Assembly: GCA_963666485.2 (NCBI GenBank)
Contig: CAXXUO010000004.1
Location: 1-64,000, forward strand
DNA: 64,000 bases
DNA from: Syntrophorhabdaceae bacterium
GTDB taxonomy: Bacteria > Desulfobacterota > Syntrophorhabdia > Syntrophorhabdales > Syntrophorhabdaceae
Direction of reading: 5' to 3'
Position numbers and translations under genes: made by a program. Under the pieces are notes generated by a model. That model searched no databases, was not told the DNA's origin, and was given only the letters and a program-made list of their open reading frames with translations. Below are positions 57,051 to 64,000 of this stretch, piece by piece (positions within the stretch are counted from its first letter, which is position 1; the number at the start of each line of letters is the position of its first letter).

Positions 57051-58651
57051 TGCGGTAACGCCGGGCGCCCCGGCGCTTGCGCCAGTGAGGCAACCTTGAT
57101 GAGAACGTAAACGGCGATCACGTTCAGGACCATGGTGCCGAGAAGCATGTACGTTTGCCCCGGGGCGTACCCGAAATGGGCATATCGATATGCCAGGACC
57201 TGGGCCATCAGCGCACACAGGATAACGTTGCCCCCGCCAAACCTGTAGACGAACCACTCCATCGCCGCCCCGAAGATGCCTGCGACGAACATTCCCCCGA
57301 AAAGGAACAGGTATGACCCGGGATAATAAAGAAATGCAAGTATCCCCGGCAGATTGATAAAATGAAATTCCGCCAGATCGAGTTTAACATAGGGAGAGAA
57401 CAGAATAGTCTGGTCATACAGGCTCGTCCCGGTATGGGAAAACTTTTCTTGCCATGCTTTTTTCCAGAGCCCCCAGCCAAGCCGAGGGTAACTGCTTACC
57501 GCCATGGTGCCCTCTATCCCGACCCAGCGGTCGATCAATAGCAGTTTTATATTTTTTCCGGCGGTTATATAAAAAACCTCCCAATCCAGCATCCAGTCTA
57601 AGCCAACGTCCTGAGGTTTTGGAATTTCCCGGTCGGGAAATTTTCGCTTCCTGCTTTTCTCAACCGTTACGGGGCTTCCGGTCCTGTCAGGGGTGCCCGA
57701 AACTGTATAACTGCTCGCGGCACGCACGATTCGTGCATGATCCGGCACCGGTCCGGATCGTTTTTCCAGAGCCGGTGCGGCATGCCTGAACATGCGAATA
57801 TGATTTACGGCAAATACGGACAGCGCAAATAAGCCCGCAAAGGCAACGATCACCGTCACCTTGAAGAAATTGCTCAGATGAACAGCCCGCCTTTTGGCCG
57901 TCTCGTTCATACCGAACAATACTGAACTCCCGTTCAGTATCATACCCCTGCTCAACATAGCTGAATTCGAAAAGAAACATTCCAGGAGGCTAATGACTGA
58001 AGCAGTGTACGGGTTCCTATTTTGCTGAAACTCGCAATCCAGGATAACGGCCGAAAATGAGCTGAGGCCAAATAGAAGAAGCCAGGTATAGACCCCGTTC
58101 AAGCCGAACGGCAGGACCATCCGGGGTACCGTGCCGCGCTGATAGATGCCGTACATGATATTCGTGTACGCGACCGCCAAAAAAAGAAAACAAAATAAGC
58201 CAAGTATGACCCGCCGGTTATTCCGGTAGAATCCATAGAGGGATTCCATCCTGCTTGTAAGCTCAACATTCCGGTTATACGAGAAAAATGACCTTCGCAC
58301 GAAATGTGCCAGCAACAAACCCAGCGCACCGCACGACGAGACGAGCAATGCCCGGTCATACGCCGCCCCGCTGAAATCAAAAAGGCCGACCGGTTCCTGG
58401 AAAAGACCGGCCATACAGGCTATCCGTACAGAAAACTTGAACCAGAAACCCAGCCAGAAGAAAAGCCCTATAAAAGTGTCAAAGAAGATCTTATGTTTGC
58501 AAAAACCAAGGATAAGAAGGCTGTTAAAGGACAATGTAAATAAAAGATAAATGAGGACATTGCCCGTATAACTCTTCGCCGAAGAGAAAGTGAGCACCCC
58601 TGCCACTATTAAAAAACCATACAGGCATATTGTTTTTGCCCTAAGTTTCAT
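57047..58651 (-). CDS. Wzy-like polysaccharide polymerase (putative)
   Basis: ~11 TM segments, SRG motif, large loop, position in cluster. Confidence 0.55.
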   Translation of the reverse strand: MKLRAKTICLYGFLIVAGVLTFSSAKSYTGNVLIYLLFTLSFNSLLILGFCKHKIFFDTFIGLFFWLGFWFKFSVRIACMAGLFQEPVGLFDFSGAAYDRALLVSSCGALGLLLAHFVRRSFFSYNRNVELTSRMESLYGFYRNNRRVILGLFCFLFLAVAYTNIMYGIYQRGTVPRMVLPFGLNGVYTWLLLFGLSSFSAVILDCEFQQNRNPYTASVISLLECFFSNSAMLSRGMILNGSSVLFGMNETAKRRAVHLSNFFKVTVIVAFAGLFALSVFAVNHIRMFRHAAPALEKRSGPVPDHARIVRAASSYTVSGTPDRTGSPVTVEKSRKRKFPDREIPKPQDVGLDWMLDWEVFYITAGKNIKLLLIDRWVGIEGTMAVSSYPRLGWGLWKKAWQEKFSHTGTSLYDQTILFSPYVKLDLAEFHFINLPGILAFLYYPGSYLFLFGGMFVAGIFGAAMEWFVYRFGGGNVILCALMAQVLAYRYAHFGYAPGQTYMLLGTMVLNVIAVYVLIKVASLAQAPGRPALPQ

Positions 58652-58679
58652 GGGATTTTCTTTGAATTGGCGCGCGAAA

Positions 58680-59520
58680 TCACCGGCTATCTTTTATTCC
58701 GATTTTCTGCACAACAAAGTTCATTTCGACAGGATGGTTGATCCTGCGGGTTATTGACCTGTAAAAGTTGTCACCGAATATTTTCATATGGCGCAGCATC
58801 CATCGGCAAGCTCCGCCTGGCGAACTGGATCCTGAACCTGTAGCGCTGATCGCCGCTTATAAAACCGCATAACTGCCATTCGGTTAAGTGCATGTTGAAT
58901 ATCTTTTCCACCAGGAGCCGCACGCTGAATTCGTCAAAACTCCTCACATGAGCAAAATCATAAGGATAATTGGGGTCGAAATATTTTCCCGAGGTCTTCA
59001 CGGTACGGCACCCGCACGATGAGAAAGCCGCCCGGTTTCAAGACGTCAATAATATTCCTGAACGCAAGGTTCAGGTCAAAGACATGCTCCAGTACATCCG
59101 TGCACACTATGCAGTCAAAATAGTCCCTCTCGTAGGGCATATCTTCCACAAGGCTTAAAGCAACCTTAATACCTTTCGCCTTCGCGTATTCAAGATATGG
59201 CATCGCAATATCGATACCATACCGCTCCAGTTGCGGAAATTTATCCAGGATCCTCCCCATTCCCACGCCAACGTCGAGTATGTTCACGGCATGGACCGAA
59301 TATTTCCTGATCAAATCCGCTGTGCTGTCCTCGAGTTCACGCCAATGGTCTTCGTCCATAAAAGGATTTTTCCCCGTTTGCTCGAAATGGCCCAGATGGT
59401 CCCGCGCTATGGCCTGGTAATTCTCGATGTAGAAATCCGGCTCTGAAAAAACCGGTATTCCATTGACGACCTGCTTTGGACTGCCCGGTAGATACCGCGT
59501 TCATTTTCTGTTTTTTTCAT
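58680..59520 (-). CDS. Class I SAM-dependent methyltransferase, frameshifted
   Basis: ILDVGVGMG, GIDI, DVLEHV, LKPGG.L..RVP; several fragments. Confidence 0.75.
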
Positions 59521-60989
59521 GTCGCTTTCACACGTTTATAAGAGAATAGTTTTTCTTTCAGGAAGATTCGTTCGTCTTTCGTAAGCATTAGGAAGCCTGC
59601 AGTGATAAACAAGATCACGACCAACGCAAAATAACCTGCCTCGAGCGATATTCTGGCCTGCCTGTGGATCATCGAACTTGAAACTACCAGAATTAATAGT
59701 GAAAAAAATGTGCAGAGCCGCACCCATTCATATCGTACTCGTACGTACGTCTTCCTGCGGTAATAATTCCACGCATACTGCAATCCCGCCATCAATAAAT
59801 GGCTCAAGGCCAGTGCAATGCCGGCTCCGACCAACCCCATAGATTTAATAAAGGCTATGTTCAAAAGGATTGAAAATATGGCGGCGATCCCCTGCACCAA
59901 ACTGACATATTTGACTTCCCCGGTGTAGTACATCCCGGGGAGCAGCATGTTGAAGATACCGATAAAGAACTGGGCGCTGGCGGCAAATCCGACGATCACG
60001 AAGGCGTTATGGAACGCCGGTTGGGTTGCGAGGGAAATGATCAATTTTGACCCGGCGAAAAACAGGGCGCACAATGTTCCCGCAAAAAATACATAATACG
60101 TAAAAATACGCCCAAACAAGATCTCGGTATCGTTCTGCCGTTCCATGTAGGACATGAAGAACGGGTACCAAGCGGTAGAGATGGCACCCACGGCAAGACT
60201 CAATACTGTTCCCACGCTGAAGCCGATCGAATAAATGCCGACTGTATCCAATCCCTCGTAATACTGCAGAATATACCGGTTGCTCTGCAGCAATATGTAA
60301 AGGAACGCAAAACTCGGGATAAGGGGGATCCCCAGGCGCAAAAGGTTGCCCGCTATCGAACGGTTGACGCCGAATGTTGTTTCCCGGATACCGATCACCG
60401 CAAAGATCAGGAAACCGAGCGACTGGCTGGCAATTTGACTGAGGACCATGCCAAGAATTCCCCAACCCAGAAAGACTACGGTCACGACACTTGTGCCAAT
60501 CGATATGGCAGCAAGGAAGAAGGTGATGACGACAAATCTCTTTGCCTGTTCCTCAAACTGGATCCGCTGGACAAAGGGCATCGAGATTATTTCCAGTGCG
60601 CAGCCTGTTAATGCCAGGGATATCAGATAGAAGTACGACTGCGGGATCGAAAGGAATCTGCCCATCCACCCTGCGAAGAGCCAGGCGGTTGCGGCAAGAA
60701 CCGCGGCGGCGCAAAGAAGGATAAAGAAGGTTGTCCATACCGTTTCGGATTTTTGCCTGTTGTTATTACCCTCGAAATAACTGGGCCCTATAGCTGCATT
60801 TAAGCCGAGGTTGAAGACCGAGGTCCCTACCATGGTCAACAATGCTATCAATGCGAGAACGCCATAGTCCTTGGGCGCCAGGTAAGCCGTATATACGGGC
60901 AGGAGGAGCAGGTTCATGACCCGCGTCGTCATGCTGCCCGCACCGTATATAAGCGAGTTTTTACCCAGTCGAAGTATCTGACTTGCCAT
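59517..60989 (-). CDS. wzx: Oligosaccharide flippase
   Basis: KNSLIYG, LLLPVYT.YL.P.DYG, GIYS.G, GLVGAGIA; 12-14 TM. Confidence 0.88.
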   Translation of the reverse strand: MASQILRLGKNSLIYGAGSMTTRVMNLLLLPVYTAYLAPKDYGVLALIALLTMVGTSVFNLGLNAAIGPSYFEGNNNRQKSETVWTTFFILLCAAAVLAATAWLFAGWMGRFLSIPQSYFYLISLALTGCALEIISMPFVQRIQFEEQAKRFVVITFFLAAISIGTSVVTVVFLGWGILGMVLSQIASQSLGFLIFAVIGIRETTFGVNRSIAGNLLRLGIPLIPSFAFLYILLQSNRYILQYYEGLDTVGIYSIGFSVGTVLSLAVGAISTAWYPFFMSYMERQNDTEILFGRIFTYYVFFAGTLCALFFAGSKLIISLATQPAFHNAFVIVGFAASAQFFIGIFNMLLPGMYYTGEVKYVSLVQGIAAIFSILLNIAFIKSMGLVGAGIALALSHLLMAGLQYAWNYYRRKTYVRVRYEWVRLCTFFSLLILVVSSSMIHRQARISLEAGYFALVVILFITAGFLMLTKDERIFLKEKLFSYKRVKAT

Positions 60990-61074
60990 TTTTTAAAAGA
61001 CCCTGGCGATCATGGCGCACGGTTCCATGCGATCTGCCATGCCCCGTCGATCTCCGGGTATAAAACACCGGCCG

Positions 61075-62634
61075 TTATTTTTTGATCGAAAACACCGAAA
61101 AGGAATAATTTTTGTACCCGTTGAATTCGTCTATATCTATCTTTTGCAAGTTGTTTCTTTTAAAATTTTCTACGAGCAAAGACATCGATTGCCCCATCGT
61201 TCTCCTGTCGATGACCAGGTAATCGACGTCTGCCGATCTCAGGAAGGCGGAGATCTCAGGCGCTGTACTGTTTTCGGGGACCGTAACATATTCCGCGCCC
61301 GAATAAAACCCCAACCGGTTCAGGCGTCCTTCGACTGCTATCTTCCTGTTGGAATACCCCATCTGTTTCAGACAGGTACCGGCCTTTTTGAGTTCAACCT
61401 TATCAGCCCCCGGCCACGAAAGGCTGCTCGGCAAGACAACCAGGCATATAACAGCCATGGTCAGGATCGCAATTCCGTTCTTCCACCGGCCGGGGATTAC
61501 AAACTTGACGCCCGCGCCCCACTTTTCAAGGATGCCCCCGATCTCATAAAAACCCGCCGCCACCCACAGGAGCGCGGGCAGGCCCATGAGCATCCCGTGC
61601 CTCGTACTCAGATAATAGATCTTCGAAACATACACCAGGGACACCGCAAAAAATGCCAGCCACCAGGACCAGATCAGGAGTTCCCGTGAATTGAAGGGCA
61701 CTATTTTCCTCCGCGTCACGCCCACGATGAACAGGAGAATGAACAACACATGGTAGGATCGAAAGAACTTGAAGATCGGCTGCCAGAAGAACACAAGGTA
61801 TTTGTTGCCCGCCACTGCCCGGGTAACAACGTCCGAATCCTCGACATTCTTTCGAAAAGCTTCTTCCGTTGTCTTGTTACCGGTGCTCAATATCTGGGGT
61901 ATCTTTGAGCCGATATGGCCGAGTTCCCAGTGGCCAAGCCTGCCTTTAACGAAGATCAGGGGTGAGAGAAACAGAATGGGGAAGGAAATTATGAAGATCA
62001 TCGTATACACAATGAAAGTGCTGAGGCTAAAGGTCCTTTCGACCCGATATTGCCAAAATACCCAGAACATCACGACAGGTATGACGGCCAGGCCTTCCAT
62101 GCGGGTGAAGGCAGACAACCCTGTGAATAAAGCCGACAGGACCATGAACACGGGCTGTTTCTTTTGCATTCCTGCCGCCGCCGCGCACAGGGCGGACAGG
62201 GAAAACAACCAGAAGACAGGTTCTCGTATCACATTGGAGGAATATTCAATCAGCCGCGGGCTGATGACGAAGAAGATAGAAGCGGCAACGGCCAGTTTTG
62301 TATCGAACAGGCGCTTTATGACCCAGTAGAACGGCACAACGGCAAGCGAGCCGGACAGAACGGAAAGGATCCGTGCGGAAAGCTCCCAGTCAGGGATCAC
62401 CTTATGGAAGATCGCAATGAGAAACGGGTAAAGATTGTAAAAACTGTACTGTGCTATTTTCCCCCATTCCCCGGCATCGATAAGTTTTGCCGTGTTTATG
62501 TACATTATCCCGTCCGGAACGATTATGCCGGGCGCGAGCGCTGAATACAACCTCAGCGCCAGAGCGGAAAAGAACAAGATAAACGGCGTCATGATCACCG
62601 CTTTTGATCTCGTATTTGCCTGGATAGTTTCCAT
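61075..62634 (-). CDS. GT-C fold membrane glycosyltransferase (family 39/ArnT-like)
   Basis: LALRL, PDG..Y, LYP, R..S, REP, TR.EG; multiple TM. Confidence 0.75.
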   Translation of the reverse strand: METIQANTRSKAVIMTPFILFFSALALRLYSALAPGIIVPDGIMYINTAKLIDAGEWGKIAQYSFYNLYPFLIAIFHKVIPDWELSARILSVLSGSLAVVPFYWVIKRLFDTKLAVAASIFFVISPRLIEYSSNVIREPVFWLFSLSALCAAAAGMQKKQPVFMVLSALFTGLSAFTRMEGLAVIPVVMFWVFWQYRVERTFSLSTFIVYTMIFIISFPILFLSPLIFVKGRLGHWELGHIGSKIPQILSTGNKTTEEAFRKNVEDSDVVTRAVAGNKYLVFFWQPIFKFFRSYHVLFILLFIVGVTRRKIVPFNSRELLIWSWWLAFFAVSLVYVSKIYYLSTRHGMLMGLPALLWVAAGFYEIGGILEKWGAGVKFVIPGRWKNGIAILTMAVICLVVLPSSLSWPGADKVELKKAGTCLKQMGYSNRKIAVEGRLNRLGFYSGAEYVTVPENSTAPEISAFLRSADVDYLVIDRRTMGQSMSLLVENFKRNNLQKIDIDEFNGYKNYSFSVFSIKK

Positions 62635-62647
62635 AAGCCGGATCGCG

Positions 62648-63268
62648 TCAGGGTTTTTCCAGTATCCTGGCCGGAACGCCTACCGCTGTGGCGTTGCCGG
62701 GAATGTTCCTTATGACGGCAGCCCCTGCACCGATTATGCTCCACGCCCCTATCGCCGCACCCATTACCGCCACAGCTCCCACTCCGAGGAAGGTCCCTTC
62801 CCCCACCGTGACATTTCCCGCAAGGCACACGCCGGGCCCGATATGCGAGTAATCCCCTATAACGCAATCATGATCGATCGCGGCGTTCGTGTTGACAATG
62901 CAATGCCGGCCTATCACCGTACCGGGCTGGATAACCGCCCCCGCGAAGATAACCGTGCCTTCCCCGACTGATACCGACGGATGGACATACGCCCGCGGAT
63001 GGATCGCCGTGACCCACTGACAACCTGTGAGCGTTCCCGCCTTTTCCGCCCTGGTCCTGTTGTCGCCGATCGCAATTATAGCCCTTTCCCCGGCCGAACC
63101 GTCGATGCGTGACACGGTCCCTATCACCCGGGCGCTCCCGACAAGCGCACCCTGCTTCACCGGGTCGTCATCGTATATGCCCCGGACCTCGATGCCCAGT
63201 TCGGCGACCGTGCTCACGACGACCTTTGCGTGACCGCCTCCCCCAATAACGATGATAGCATCACCCAT
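62648..63268 (-). CDS. PglD/NeuD-family sugar acetyltransferase
   Basis: GGGGHAKVV, AIGDN, IHP, IDHDC, hexapeptide repeats, GVPAR. Confidence 0.92.
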   Translation of the reverse strand: MGDAIIVIGGGGHAKVVVSTVAELGIEVRGIYDDDPVKQGALVGSARVIGTVSRIDGSAGERAIIAIGDNRTRAEKAGTLTGCQWVTAIHPRAYVHPSVSVGEGTVIFAGAVIQPGTVIGRHCIVNTNAAIDHDCVIGDYSHIGPGVCLAGNVTVGEGTFLGVGAVAVMGAAIGAWSIIGAGAAVIRNIPGNATAVGVPARILEKP

Positions 63269-63869
63269 TATTCTTCTCCCCTGAACCCTTAAAAACAGGC
63301 ATCGTTACAGACCCCTCCGCTGTTATCCCCTCTCTTTTTGCAACTTTCATGGCAGTCATGAACAGGATCTTCAGGTCGAGCAGAAAGCTCCTGTTCTCGA
63401 CGTACCAGATGTCGAGGTCAAATTTCTCCTCCCAGGTCAGGGCATTGCGTCCGTTCACTTGCGTCCAGCCTGTTATGCCCGGCTTCACATCATGACGCCG
63501 TGCCTGTCGCGGCGTGTATAGCGGAAGATATTCCATCAGGAGCGGCCTGGGCCCTACAAAGCTGAGGTCCCCTTTTATAACGTTGAAAAGCTGCGGCAAT
63601 TCATCGAGGCTCGTTTTCCTTAAGACGCTGCCGAACCCGGTAAGCCTTTTTTCGTCAGGCAGCAATTCATCGTTGCTGTTCCGCGTGTTGCTCATCGTCC
63701 TGAATTTCAGCACGACGAACGGCCTGGCCTTGTAGCCGGGACGGCGCTGTCGGAACAACACCGGGGGGCCCATAGTGGCCCTGATAAGGATCCCGATGAT
63801 CATCATCGGCACCGCCGCAATGACAAGGAGGATAACACCGAATACCAGGTCGAAAACACGCTTCAGCAT
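63261..63869 (-). CDS. PglC-like phosphoglycosyl transferase
   Basis: KRVFD, KFRTM, SLDELPQL, VGPRPLL, PGITGW.QVNGRN. Confidence 0.92.
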   Translation of the reverse strand: MLKRVFDLVFGVILLVIAAVPMMIIGILIRATMGPPVLFRQRRPGYKARPFVVLKFRTMSNTRNSNDELLPDEKRLTGFGSVLRKTSLDELPQLFNVIKGDLSFVGPRPLLMEYLPLYTPRQARRHDVKPGITGWTQVNGRNALTWEEKFDLDIWYVENRSFLLDLKILFMTAMKVAKREGITAEGSVTMPVFKGSGEKNNG

Positions 63870-64000
63870 TCTTTGAGAGACCCCCCGGCATGGGCCAGGA
63901 AAGGGGTAAAGCGGACCATTATGGTTATCAGCAATATCAGCGCGGTAACTATAGTACCAAGCAGGTTGAAATAATAATTATAGAGGAACAGGACGAGATA
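63863..64000 (-). CDS. C-terminus of a membrane protein (5'-truncated by window)
   Basis: Open hydrophobic frame YLVLFLYNYY...SLKEC*; stop overlaps the pglC-like start. Confidence 0.5.
   Translation of the reverse strand, partial: YLVLFLYNYYFNLLGTIVTALILLITIMVRFTPFLAHAGGSLKEC

Overview
Bacterial chromosome segment; gene content (etfAB, iorAB, thiolase/crotonase, cheX) suggests an anaerobic, probably syntrophic Desulfobacterota-like host (inference only). Bases 1-6264 are the end of a prophage: SMC/AAA ATPase, SF2 helicase, RecT, HNH-type endonuclease, MBL hydrolase, xis and a tyrosine integrase, integrated next to a tRNA-Arg(CCT). 6.6-45.6 kb is host core/metabolic DNA: atypical GAPDH, a 1403-aa PPDK-like protein lacking the pyruvate-binding barrel, thl-crt-etfBA, ldh, iorAB, peptidases, signalling genes, arfB, pyk, recG, pyrE and engB. 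45.6-64 kb is a minus-strand surface polysaccharide cluster. The most notable signals are (i) the orphan-acceptor dikinase next to a divergent GAPDH, (ii) two families of heptamer tandem arrays that hug gene ends with consistent polarity, and (iii) a ~430-bp palindromic element made of an inverted REP pair with outward 20-bp tandem arrays. Many single-base frameshifts (2.3-3.7, 45.4-50.1 and 58.7-59.5 kb) look like assembly errors. All calls come from reading motifs by eye; no database searches were run.
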